Positions 25,853-34,298 of a stretch of 34,298 nt of DNA are shown piece by piece. The stretch covers positions 1 to 34,298 of the IMG/VR virus record IMGVR_UViG_3300020042_004973. One strand, 5' to 3'. The position numbers and the translations under genes are program-made. Positions within the stretch are counted from its first letter, which is position 1. Every line of letters starts with the position of its first letter. The notes under the pieces were generated by a model. It was not told the origin of the DNA and searched no databases. It saw only the letters and a program-made list of their open reading frames with translations. The DNA is from a virus. Lineage: Duplodnaviria > Caudoviricetes.

Positions 25853-27480
25853 TGCGTATCCCACCAAACAATGACGAACGGGAAAACTTCTATTTAGAAC
25901 TCATGAATAAGTGCATGGTGTCTAGAGAAGAACGTAAGGCTGACTACAGCACGTTACGCTCTTACTATTTGTTTGGTGCGGCTCCTGAAGAACCTCCTGC
26001 GTACTTCAATAAGATTCATCCGCATATTGACCAACTTACATCGTTTTTGTATTCGGCTGAGACTACCCGTTTTAGTATTGCTATGGGTGCGTCAGTTCCA
26101 GACATGGAATATCGCAAGACTCCAGTTCTCACAAATGCTCTCAATGACGAATGGCTTAACTCTAATGCTGACCAAGTATTCTCAACAGCATTAACGTGGT
26201 CTCTTGTCTACAACACAACTTTTCTCAAACTTGTAGTCAGTGGTGGTATCCACCCCTACATGATTGAACCCGGCGCAATAGGCGTGTTGCGTGAAGATAC
26301 GCCTTACGTTGACCGACAAGAAGCTATTTGCCAACGCTACTACATTACAAAGTCTGAGTTGTTTGCCCGTCTGTATTCACACCCTAAGCGTGAGCAGATT
26401 GTAAAGAGAGTGACCACTAACATTAAGACTGCAAGCAGCGATGGTTCAGATGGTGGAGATGGTGTAGCCCGTATTGTTATGTCCGCTACTAACCCAACTA
26501 TCTATGGTCAAGTCAACATGGACTTGTACGGCATGAACAGGTACAACGCTCGTCTTGCTGAAGAAACCATTGAGATGCACGAATTGTGGGTCTGGAACGA
26601 TGAGATTGAAGATTATCAGGTTGTCACGATGGCAAGCCCTGATATTATTATTTACGACAGACCCGGTTCATCTTTGTTCTTAAAAGGCGAATGTCCTTTT
26701 GTCCAAATTTGTCCAAACCCTCAGTACGATTATTTCTGGGGACAGTCTGAAGTACAAAAAATGTGTCTGCTTCAAGGCTTGCGTAATAATCGCATGACTG
26801 AAGTACTAGACCTTCTTTCCAAGCAAGTCACGCCCCCAACAGCCCTCACAGGGTTTACGGGAATCTTGGATGAAAAAAACTTTGCACTGAACCGTGCTGG
26901 CGGCTTACTTTCAAGTGATATGCCAAACGCCAAGGTTGAACGCCTTGCGCCTGAAATGCCATCTAATCTCTTTGAAGTCATTCATGAGATTGATGCCATG
27001 TTCTCAGAAGTGTCTGGTATCTCTAACGTGCTTTCTGGGCGTGGCGAATCTGGTGTTCGCTCTCAGGGACACGCAAGTCAGCTTGCCCGTTTAGGTTCAA
27101 GCCGTGCTAAAAAACGTGCCCTTATTGTCGAAGATAGTCTGGAAAAAGTAGCTACACTTTATCTTAAATTGATGCAAGCCTACAACCCCACGCACTTCAA
27201 AGATACTGAAGGCACGCCTTTTATTGCTGAACAATTCACCAAAGACTTTGTGGTGAAAGTGGATGCTCACTCCAACTCTCCAATCTTTACAGAAGATACT
27301 AAGGAATTGGCGTTTAGTTTATTTAAAGCTCAAGCTATTGACAAAGATTCCTTACTTGATATGCTAGAGCCACCGGGCAAGCAATTGCTTAAAGAGAAGT
27401 TAAAGAAGCGTGAAGAAAAGGCTGCATCAGAACCCAAACCGGAACCAAAGCCGGGTAAAGCAGATTTAAAGGTAGCGTAA
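25852..27480 (+). CDS. Portal protein
   Basis: 542 aa after the terminase. CPFV...P...YFWGQSEV, EVSGISNVLSG patterns of P22/T7-like portals. Confidence 0.82.
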   Translation: MRIPPNNDERENFYLELMNKCMVSREERKADYSTLRSYYLFGAAPEEPPAYFNKIHPHIDQLTSFLYSAETTRFSIAMGASVPDMEYRKTPVLTNALNDEWLNSNADQVFSTALTWSLVYNTTFLKLVVSGGIHPYMIEPGAIGVLREDTPYVDRQEAICQRYYITKSELFARLYSHPKREQIVKRVTTNIKTASSDGSDGGDGVARIVMSATNPTIYGQVNMDLYGMNRYNARLAEETIEMHELWVWNDEIEDYQVVTMASPDIIIYDRPGSSLFLKGECPFVQICPNPQYDYFWGQSEVQKMCLLQGLRNNRMTEVLDLLSKQVTPPTALTGFTGILDEKNFALNRAGGLLSSDMPNAKVERLAPEMPSNLFEVIHEIDAMFSEVSGISNVLSGRGESGVRSQGHASQLARLGSSRAKKRALIVEDSLEKVATLYLKLMQAYNPTHFKDTEGTPFIAEQFTKDFVVKVDAHSNSPIFTEDTKELAFSLFKAQAIDKDSLLDMLEPPGKQLLKEKLKKREEKAASEPKPEPKPGKADLKVA

Positions 27481-27641
27481 TGGACACATCACAAGTTCAA
27501 CCCAAGGCAGACCAGCCCCGTGTAAGCACGGAGAATCTCAAGCGTGGCGAACAAGCCCCTGCTTTGCAATACCGCACTACAACAAAAAGTTTTAACCGTA
27601 GCTCTACACCAAGAAGCTACGGCAGAACCGTTCGGGGATAA
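27480..27641 (+). CDS. 53-aa protein with a basic C-terminus, not in the ORF track
   Basis: MDTSQVQPKADQPRVSTENLKRGEQAPALQYRTTTKSFNRSSTPRSYGRTVRG*. TAATG coupling to the portal gene. Confidence 0.6.
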   Translation: MDTSQVQPKADQPRVSTENLKRGEQAPALQYRTTTKSFNRSSTPRSYGRTVRG

Positions 27642-27656
27642 TACTAGGAGATGAAT

Positions 27657-27689
27657 ATGTATCGCAAAAGTCGCAAGTCACGGCGTTAA
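27657..27689 (+). CDS. Protamine-like micro-ORF 1 (MYRKSRKSRR)
   Basis: AGGAG 6 nt upstream of ATG. Paralogous to micro-ORF 2. Confidence 0.6.
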   Translation: MYRKSRKSRR

Positions 27690-27767
27690 AAATACCTGTT
27701 CAGGGTGTAGGGTGTGGCTTCCTTCCCTTAATAAATAGGTCGCCGCCTCTTAATACGGAGATGAAAA

Positions 27768-27806
27768 ATGCGTAAAGCTCGCAAAGGTCGTAAATCACGC
27801 AAGTAA
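27768..27806 (+). CDS. Protamine-like micro-ORF 2 (MRKARKGRKSRK)
   Basis: GGAG 7 nt upstream of ATG. Same GGAGATGAA leader as micro-ORF 1. Confidence 0.6.
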   Translation: MRKARKGRKSRK

Positions 27807-27887
27807 TTTTAGGGGTTAAGCCCTAGAATTATCGTGTAGCCAATAAGTCCTGCCGAGGGTCGGGAACCAAAAAAATTACTCCTCCTC

Positions 27888-27921
27888 TTGACAAATACTT
27901 GCATAGGATTATTCTATGCAA
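27888..27921 (+). promoter_or_regulatory. sigma70 promoter with an overlapping palindrome upstream of the head genes
   Basis: TTGACA-N16-TATTCT. Inverted repeat TTGCATAG-N7-CTATGCAA (27899-27921) spans the -10. Confidence 0.6.
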
Positions 27922-27940
27922 AATTACTTAGGGATTGATT

Positions 27941-28480
27941 ATGGCTGTGCCACCCGACCAGTTGATGAAATTAATGCAAAGTCAGAAAGATTCTGCCACT
28001 CCCGGTGGTATGCCTCCTGCTTCTGATGCCGCTATGGGAATGTCAGAGGATTCAACTCCTCCTATGGCAGCACCTATGTCAACGCCAGAACCCAAGATGG
28101 GAAACCGTGAAGCATCCATGATTAACCTTGGCATGGCGGCTGACCTTCTTGAGCAATCACTTCCTGCCCTTGGCAGTGAATCGCCTGAAGGACAAAAAGT
28201 CCTTAATGCTATTCGTATAGTCTCAGCTATTCTTGGTCCACGCAAACCTAAGACCAATGAATTGCAACAATCAGAAATTTTGCAATTGTTGCAGTCCTTA
28301 CCTCAAGCTGGCGGCGGCACACCTGAAGGTAAAGCAATGGCTAATGCTCCACAAGTTCCCGGTATGGTTCCACCCGGCGCACCTCCTCCACCACCCATCC
28401 CTCTGGGTGCTGGTGCGGGTCCTGTGCCCGGCGGTGCTATGCCTCCTCCTCCCGGCGGCGGTATGCCGCCACCAATGTAA
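27941..28480 (+). CDS. Pro/Met-rich head-assembly-region protein
   Basis: Central helical hairpin flanked by Pro-rich low-complexity tails. Confidence 0.65.
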   Translation: MAVPPDQLMKLMQSQKDSATPGGMPPASDAAMGMSEDSTPPMAAPMSTPEPKMGNREASMINLGMAADLLEQSLPALGSESPEGQKVLNAIRIVSAILGPRKPKTNELQQSEILQLLQSLPQAGGGTPEGKAMANAPQVPGMVPPGAPPPPPIPLGAGAGPVPGGAMPPPPGGGMPPPM

Positions 28481-28490
28481 AGGAATCACA

Positions 28491-28676
28491 ATGGATTTGT
28501 TCAAACCCCGTGGTGCTTCGGCTCCTCGTAATCCTACAGACAACAGCCAGAAAAATGGTCAGATTGTTAACACCCCACGTTATTCGCAATTCGGTGGTTT
28601 AACTTCTGCTCCAAAAGCAGGACACAAAAACATGATGACTATGAGTCGTCCCGGCGACACTAAGAAAGTCATCTAA
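28491..28676 (+). CDS. 61-aa basic disordered protein
   Basis: Start MDLFKPRG with RBS AAGGA. Confidence 0.65.
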   Translation: MDLFKPRGASAPRNPTDNSQKNGQIVNTPRYSQFGGLTSAPKAGHKNMMTMSRPGDTKKVI

Positions 28677-28694
28677 CGCATTTAGGGGATAAAT

Positions 28695-29228
28695 ATGAGC
28701 TTAGAAGATATTTCGCTAGAAGCCCGTGACGAATTAGCTTTGCTTGCAAAGCAGTTGTCGGACAATCCTGAAACACGCAAAGAATTTTTGCGCCTGACCC
28801 AGAGGGTAAAGCCAAACATGGTAATTCCCGAATTGCAACTTGAGGACTTTACAAACAAAAAAGTCAATCAAGCTGAAGAACGGGTTATGCAGCTAGAAAA
28901 CAAGTTGCGTGAAAAAGACATTCGAGAGCATCTTGAGTCAAAACGCCGTGCTTTAAAAGCTAACGGCATTGCTCGTAATGATGAAGATATTCAAGAGATT
29001 GAAAAAATCATGCTCGAACAAGGTATTACTAGCCACGACACAGCAGCGCAGCATTGGGAGTGGATGAAACAAGCCGCAACCCCAACACCTACTGGATACA
29101 ACCCAAATATTATTAACAAGTTTGACTTGTCAAAATATTGGAAGAATCCACAAAGTGCTGCACGAAATGAAGCGGCTACTGCATTGCAAGAAATTAGGAA
29201 CCAAGGTCGTAAACCAATTGGTGTTTAG
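28695..29228 (+). CDS. Capsid scaffolding protein
   Basis: Charged coiled-coil protein directly upstream of the capsid gene. Confidence 0.6.
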   Translation: MSLEDISLEARDELALLAKQLSDNPETRKEFLRLTQRVKPNMVIPELQLEDFTNKKVNQAEERVMQLENKLREKDIREHLESKRRALKANGIARNDEDIQEIEKIMLEQGITSHDTAAQHWEWMKQAATPTPTGYNPNIINKFDLSKYWKNPQSAARNEAATALQEIRNQGRKPIGV

Positions 29229-29271
29229 TGTTAAATGTCGGGGATAATTTTTTTAATCTAAGGAGCCTGCT

Positions 29272-30282
29272 ATGCCTATAGGCGGCGGAATTTTACCAGC
29301 ATCAGGTAGCTCACAATACAACGAGCTTACCTATGTCACAAGACGGGCGTTTATCCCCAAACTTGTGGTACAGCTATACAACTCAACCCCCCTAATGGCT
29401 GCTCTGATTGCAAACAGTCAACAAGCATCAGGTGGTGTGAGCCAAGTCACAGTTCCAGTTCAAGGCGCACAGTTTGTTAATGCACAATGGTCTGATTACT
29501 CTGGTTCATTTAACCAGCCATCAGTTCAGCAAGGTGCGTTTAACGCTGAGTTCAACCTTAAGCTAATGATTGCTCCAGTTCCATTCTTAGGTATGGAAGG
29601 TGCGGTTCAACAAGACTACGCAATTATTCCTCTGATTGAAGCTCGCATGAACGATGCGACCAACGTGATGATGGATGCAATGGCTACAGCCTTGTACACC
29701 AATTACACCAATACCCAACAGTTCATTGGTCTGCCCGGCGCAATTGACGATGGCACGAACATGACTACTTACGGCAACATTAACCGCACGACATTCACTT
29801 GGTGGAAGTCAAAGGTTTATAACGCTGGTAACGTCAACCCAACCCGTCAAAACATTCTTCAGTACATTTCTGGAACCGTGAAGAACGGCGCAGAAGTTCC
29901 TACTTTTGGTGTTTGCGGTTTTGGTACTTGGACTCTATTAGCTCAAGACTACGTTGGTCAAGAACAGTATGTCATTACCCCCGGTTCGGGATTTGATAGT
30001 GATGGTAACGGTCCTCAAGCAGCTTTTCGTGCGTTGATGGTTGCCGGTGTGCCAATCTATCCAGACCCATATTGCCCAGAGGGTACGGTCTACTTCATCA
30101 ACAGCAATTACCTTTCACTGTACATTCACGAACAAGGTTCGTTTGTGTTTACCGGCTTTGAATCAACTCTACCTAATTGGCAGATTGGTTACGTTGGTGC
30201 GGTGTTGATGATTGCGGAATTGGTTTCTACCAAGCCCAAGTCGATGACCCGTGTGTCTAGCTATAACTCAATTTCGATTTAA
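29272..30282 (+). CDS. Major capsid protein
   Basis: 336 aa, strong AAGGAG RBS. GLPGAIDDG..YGNINR....WW and GVPIYPDPYCPEG.VYFIN..YL patterns. Confidence 0.88.
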   Translation: MPIGGGILPASGSSQYNELTYVTRRAFIPKLVVQLYNSTPLMAALIANSQQASGGVSQVTVPVQGAQFVNAQWSDYSGSFNQPSVQQGAFNAEFNLKLMIAPVPFLGMEGAVQQDYAIIPLIEARMNDATNVMMDAMATALYTNYTNTQQFIGLPGAIDDGTNMTTYGNINRTTFTWWKSKVYNAGNVNPTRQNILQYISGTVKNGAEVPTFGVCGFGTWTLLAQDYVGQEQYVITPGSGFDSDGNGPQAAFRALMVAGVPIYPDPYCPEGTVYFINSNYLSLYIHEQGSFVFTGFESTLPNWQIGYVGAVLMIAELVSTKPKSMTRVSSYNSISI

Positions 30283-30294
30283 GGAGAAATAGTC

Positions 30295-30648
30295 ATGGCT
30301 CTCGGTCTAAACAAGATTGTCCTCGCAAGCGCAAGCACCAATACTCCCGGTGCTTATTGGCAACTTACTACTGTTTCAGCAAATAACACTACCGTTGTTA
30401 TTCCTGCTGGAACGTATTTGTTGTTCCCTACAGCAAACGTCACAATTGAAGCGGTGTCGGCTTACAACACCAATACCTCTTGTACAACTCCATCTACTTT
30501 TTCAACTCTCATTGGTAATAATACTGGTGGTGTGTTGATTTCTGACGGTGTGAACGTGCGTGCAAACGTGACTGTTGCTACGTTGACTACGGTTACTTTG
30601 GCTACGGTCAATGGTGGTCAAGCGGCAAGCGGTACTTACAACACATAA
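30295..30648 (+). CDS. Capsid decoration/minor structural protein
   Basis: Thr/Val-rich beta protein after the capsid gene. AAGGAG RBS. Confidence 0.6.
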   Translation: MALGLNKIVLASASTNTPGAYWQLTTVSANNTTVVIPAGTYLLFPTANVTIEAVSAYNTNTSCTTPSTFSTLIGNNTGGVLISDGVNVRANVTVATLTTVTLATVNGGQAASGTYNT

Positions 30649-30657
30649 GGAACCGTT

Positions 30658-31122
30658 ATGTCTAACGCAGATGCAGTTGGTCAGCTTTATCTTGACAGTT
30701 TCGGCAATGGTCGTATTGGTTTTGTTAGAGCAGCGTCTCTTGCAACGTCTGGCAATGCGGTTATTACCATCCCTATTCTTGGGGGTGGTTTAACTAACGC
30801 CGGAGCAGCAGCGGGTTCTGGTTCTATTATTGTTCGCCGTGTTACGGTGTCTAATGCAACCGGAAACGTAGCCACTGGAAACGTAGCAATTAGCGTAGCT
30901 AGTGATGGCAATATTGCTGCTGCTAATGCGGTAGTTGCAAACGTGGCACTTAGCAATATGACGGGTGCTGGTAAATACCAAGACCTAACTGTTGCTGGTG
31001 CTTACGGTGCAAACACAGCCATTACTGGTTTTACAACACAAGCCTTGTACGTCAACATTAACACAGCCAATGCAAACGGCACTGTTGATATTGCTGTTTA
31101 TGGCGATGTAGTGAGTTTCTAA
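30658..31122 (+). CDS. Minor structural beta-sandwich protein
   Basis: Ala/Gly/Asn-rich. Lies in the structural module. Confidence 0.6.
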   Translation: MSNADAVGQLYLDSFGNGRIGFVRAASLATSGNAVITIPILGGGLTNAGAAAGSGSIIVRRVTVSNATGNVATGNVAISVASDGNIAAANAVVANVALSNMTGAGKYQDLTVAGAYGANTAITGFTTQALYVNINTANANGTVDIAVYGDVVSF

Positions 31123-31458
31123 ATGTCTGTTATCTTTGTAACTAATAATTCTGACAAAGTATGGAAAGATGGCTATGCCGGTAAATTCTATACCTTTGGT
31201 AAAGGCGAAACGGTAGAGATACCGACTGAAGTAGCCATGCACGTTTTTGGTTACGGAGATGACAACAAAGAACCTTATTTGGCAAGGCTTGGTTGGATTA
31301 CAACTGCTAATGATTTAGAAAAAGGTTTAGAGCTTTTGTCTAAATGGGAGTTGTCCACCGAGCCTCCAAAAAAGAACCAATCGTTATCCCCGTTGGTGGA
31401 AAGAGTACCCCTAGAGGTTGTAAAATCTCGTGGGGGAAAAGTCCTGTCAGCAGCTTAA
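31123..31458 (+). CDS. Hypothetical head-completion-region protein
   Basis: ORF between the decoration and adaptor genes. Confidence 0.6.
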   Translation: MSVIFVTNNSDKVWKDGYAGKFYTFGKGETVEIPTEVAMHVFGYGDDNKEPYLARLGWITTANDLEKGLELLSKWELSTEPPKKNQSLSPLVERVPLEVVKSRGGKVLSAA

Positions 31459-31474
31459 AGATTATGGAAGGTAA

Positions 31475-32344
31475 ATGTCTCAAAATTTGTCGGGATACAT
31501 CACCCAAGTTAGACGTTTGCTGCATGATGCCAATGCCAATTTTTATACGGACCAGCAGCTAACAGATTACATCAATGCCGCACGTGCAAGAACGGTGCGG
31601 GATACTGGCTGTCTGCGTTCTATTCAAGTTGCACAATCTCCTGCTCCTGTTGCTGCCCCGCTTAATAACGCAACTGCCACAAACCCAACAGCGTGGGTTG
31701 CAAGTACACCGTGCAATTTAAATGATTTTGTTTTTTCAAACATTTTTATTTATCAAGTGACATTAGCAGGAACAAGCGGGACAACGCCCCCACCTTATCC
31801 TTCAGGCACAACAAACTATCCACCAAGCACACAATTTATAGATGGTGGCTGTGGATTAACGTATGTGGGAAACGTAGAACAGATTCCGTTTTCAACACTA
31901 CCTCAAGGCGCAAATACGCTTGATATTCTTAATGTAAACTTGTATTGGGGCAATAGTCGTGTGCCACTAAATTATTTGCCGTGGACAGACTTTAATGCCC
32001 GTATGCGTTTTTGGCAAAACTACATTGGTAGACCAGAAGCGTTTTCAATGTATGGACAAAATACTATTTACATTGGTCCTATTCCAGACCAAATCTATCA
32101 ATTAGAAATTGATACTGTTATTTTGCCAACAGATATGACATTAGCTAATCCTACTGTTGCTGACACAATTACTGACCCCTACACCACTTGTCCACAATAC
32201 TATGCTGCATATTCTGCTAAGTATTATGAGCAATCGTTTGGTGAAGCAGAGATTTTTAAACAAGAATACATAAGTTGCGCTAGAGGAGTTTTGAACACGA
32301 CATTTACTCGAAGGATTCCTTCAGCCTATAGCAGTCCATACTAA
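31475..32344 (+). CDS. Head-tail adaptor protein
   Basis: YITQVRRLLHD...TDQQLTDYINAA N-terminal helices, IYIGPIPD..Y, C-terminal YYAAYSA...EAEIFKQEY. Confidence 0.72.
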   Translation: MSQNLSGYITQVRRLLHDANANFYTDQQLTDYINAARARTVRDTGCLRSIQVAQSPAPVAAPLNNATATNPTAWVASTPCNLNDFVFSNIFIYQVTLAGTSGTTPPPYPSGTTNYPPSTQFIDGGCGLTYVGNVEQIPFSTLPQGANTLDILNVNLYWGNSRVPLNYLPWTDFNARMRFWQNYIGRPEAFSMYGQNTIYIGPIPDQIYQLEIDTVILPTDMTLANPTVADTITDPYTTCPQYYAAYSAKYYEQSFGEAEIFKQEYISCARGVLNTTFTRRIPSAYSSPY

Positions 32345-32346
32345 TC

Positions 32347-34298
32347 ATGGCAGCGGCAGAGCAAAAGAAAAGCTACAAAGTTGTTAAGCAATTTAAAGGG
32401 CTTAACACTAAGGCTAACCGCACAGCTATTGAAGAAGAAGAATTTTCTTGGGTTGAAAATGCACAACCTATTGGCTATGGTAATTTAAAAATTATCCCTA
32501 GCTACATTACGTCTAAAGATACAAGTAATAACGCTGTTGTCTGGGCAAATACGGTTACGCATTTAACGTCTTGCAACATTGACACAACAGATTTTGTGAT
32601 TGCGTTTCAAACAGACGGTAGCGCACAGTTTTATAACCTAGTCACTAAAGCGACAGGCAATGTGGCTGTTGCTAGTACGTTCTCTAACACTGGTGTTCTT
32701 ACAAGCCAATGGAAAAATGAACGTATGCTTATTCTTGACCCGACAAAGGGTTACTTTACTTGGGATGGCAACAATGTTGTATCTGTTGGTTCTGTCGGCA
32801 TTATTGCAGTTACTAATGGCGGTACTAGTTATACCAGCGAACCTACCGTTACTATCAGTGCGCCACTTAATGCAAACGGTACTCAAGCCAATGCAACAGC
32901 ATCCGTTTTATCTGGGGTCGTTGCGCTTGTTTCGTTAGATGATGCTGGTTCTGGTTACGGTGTCCCGCCCCCAACAATTACTATTTCTGGTGGTGGTGGT
33001 TCAGGCGCAACAGCAATTGCCGGTGTTGTTACGTTTGCGACAGGCACAGCATCAGCCGTTGTCGTAACAGGTGGAACCGGATATACAAACGCTGCTAATA
33101 CGGTTGTGACATTTGCGGGTGGGGGTGGTACAAACGCAGCCGGTACTGCCGTATTAGGCGGTGGTCAAGTCCAGCAAATCATTATGTCTAATCCCGGCTC
33201 TGGGTACACTAACGCTGCAAACTTAACGGTCACAATAACTGGCGGGGGTGGCGCAAATGCGGTTTGTAAAGGAATTGTTAATTCTGACCTTAATTGTGGC
33301 ATTTCTTCTTTTAGTGGTCGGGTCTTTATTGCTGCCGGGCGTACTATTTTTTATTCTGCTGCGGATTCCTACACCGATTTCACAAGTGTTTCTGCCGGGT
33401 CTTTTGTCTTAACTGACTCAACCCTACACGGCAACATTCAGCAAATATTGTCAGCAAACAATTTTTTGTACATTTTTGGTGATAATTCAATTAACGTCTT
33501 TTCTGACGTTCGAGTAGATACCAATGGTATTACGTTATTTACCAACACAAACGTATCTGCATCTGTTGGCAGTAAACGACCAAATGCTATTTTTCCTTAT
33601 TTTCGTTCTGTGTTGTTTTTAAACGACTATGGGGTATATGCGCTTGTTGGTTCTACAACATCAAAAATTTCAGACTCTTTGGACGGGATGTTTCCTAATA
33701 TTGACTTTACCTACCCAATTTATTCAGGTCAAGTATTACTGAATAACATTCTGTGTGCAGCATTTAATTTCCGATATTACGATGCTGAATTCACGCAATC
33801 GTATCGGTATGTCCAAGCGGTGTTTTTTGAGAAAAAATGGTTTATTACTTCTCAAGGTGATGCGCTGCAATATGTGACTTCTGTGCCCGTAAACGGGTTA
33901 GTGACACTGTTTGGTACATCAGGAAATAGCCTTTTCCAACTATACGGTAATGCGTCAGCATCTATTACATCAAGAGTTCAAACGGCTTTGTTGCCAATGT
34001 CTGACCCGATTCGCACTAAACAAGCATTAAAGATTGGCATTGAGGCTACGGCAAGTAATCTTAGCTCTATTACGATGCAAGCCACAGTAGATAGTGAAAA
34101 CCAAGAAAGTCCACCGTATTCGCTTTCTAGCTTGGTGACTTGGATTAACAACAGTTTGCAAGTCATTCCTTGGACTAATAATTCTAGTACTGTTATTGGC
34201 TGGGGTCAGATTGGTTATAACTTGTACAAAACAGACGCTTCAATGTATGGAAAATACGTTGGAATCACAGTAACATCATCAAATCCCGGCTACGTTTA
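32347..34298 (+). CDS. Tail nozzle/DNA-stabilisation protein (P22 gp10/T7 gp12-like), continues to 164
   Basis: MAAAEQKKSYKVVKQFKGLNTK start. Open to the window end. Missed by the ORF track because it wraps around the join. Confidence 0.8.
   Translation, partial: MAAAEQKKSYKVVKQFKGLNTKANRTAIEEEEFSWVENAQPIGYGNLKIIPSYITSKDTSNNAVVWANTVTHLTSCNIDTTDFVIAFQTDGSAQFYNLVTKATGNVAVASTFSNTGVLTSQWKNERMLILDPTKGYFTWDGNNVVSVGSVGIIAVTNGGTSYTSEPTVTISAPLNANGTQANATASVLSGVVALVSLDDAGSGYGVPPPTITISGGGGSGATAIAGVVTFATGTASAVVVTGGTGYTNAANTVVTFAGGGGTNAAGTAVLGGGQVQQIIMSNPGSGYTNAANLTVTITGGGGANAVCKGIVNSDLNCGISSFSGRVFIAAGRTIFYSAADSYTDFTSVSAGSFVLTDSTLHGNIQQILSANNFLYIFGDNSINVFSDVRVDTNGITLFTNTNVSASVGSKRPNAIFPYFRSVLFLNDYGVYALVGSTTSKISDSLDGMFPNIDFTYPIYSGQVLLNNILCAAFNFRYYDAEFTQSYRYVQAVFFEKKWFITSQGDALQYVTSVPVNGLVTLFGTSGNSLFQLYGNASASITSRVQTALLPMSDPIRTKQALKIGIEATASNLSSITMQATVDSENQESPPYSLSSLVTWINNSLQVIPWTNNSSTVIGWGQIGYNLYKTDASMYGKYVGITVTSSNPGYV
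34178..34298. repeat. Terminal direct repeat, copy 2 (circular assembly overlap)
   Basis: Identical to 1-121. Confidence 0.95.

Noticed and set aside
27700-27831. Pistol or twister ribozyme suggested by UAAAUAG and UUAAGCCCUA segments
   Set aside because: The required P2/P3 stems and cleavage-site arrangement could not be built. Kept only as generic structure.
300-34166. Numerous antisense or alternate-frame ORFs in the track overlapping large genes
   Set aside because: Shadow ORFs caused by codon bias, with no RBS or recognisable motifs.
1-34298. tRNA genes, CRISPR array, dif/attP site, stop-codon reassignment
   Set aside because: None was recognised by eye, and genes tile densely under the standard bacterial code.

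Overview
This is a complete, circularly closed genome of a tailed dsDNA phage: 34,177 bp unique plus a 121-bp terminal overlap (1-121 = 34178-34298). The layout is podovirus-like. A + strand late arm runs from 21775 through the end and on to 13999. It carries terminase, portal, scaffold, capsid, adaptor, a nozzle gene that spans the junction, tail fibres, four ejection-type proteins, holins and an M15 endolysin. A - strand early arm runs from 21181 down to 13996. It carries small early genes, an HTH protein, a YqaJ exonuclease, a RecT-like annealase, an SSB-like protein, RusA, a glycosyltransferase and a methyltransferase. No integrase, repressor, polymerase, primase, helicase, replication initiator or ParA/ParB is recognisable. 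The most striking features are non-coding or too small for the ORF track: (1) an intact type I hammerhead ribozyme just upstream of a 34-aa membrane peptide gene; (2) a perfect chromosomal-type parS site with no cognate ParB; (3) a c4-like antisense RNA followed by an ~240-nt GNRA-rich structured RNA ending in a G-tract, a candidate RNA-primed origin in a phage that lacks replication genes; (4) two tandem protamine-like micro-ORFs (10 and 12 aa) with their own ribosome-binding sites between the portal and scaffold genes. Protein family calls come from motif recall and gene order, not from database searches.
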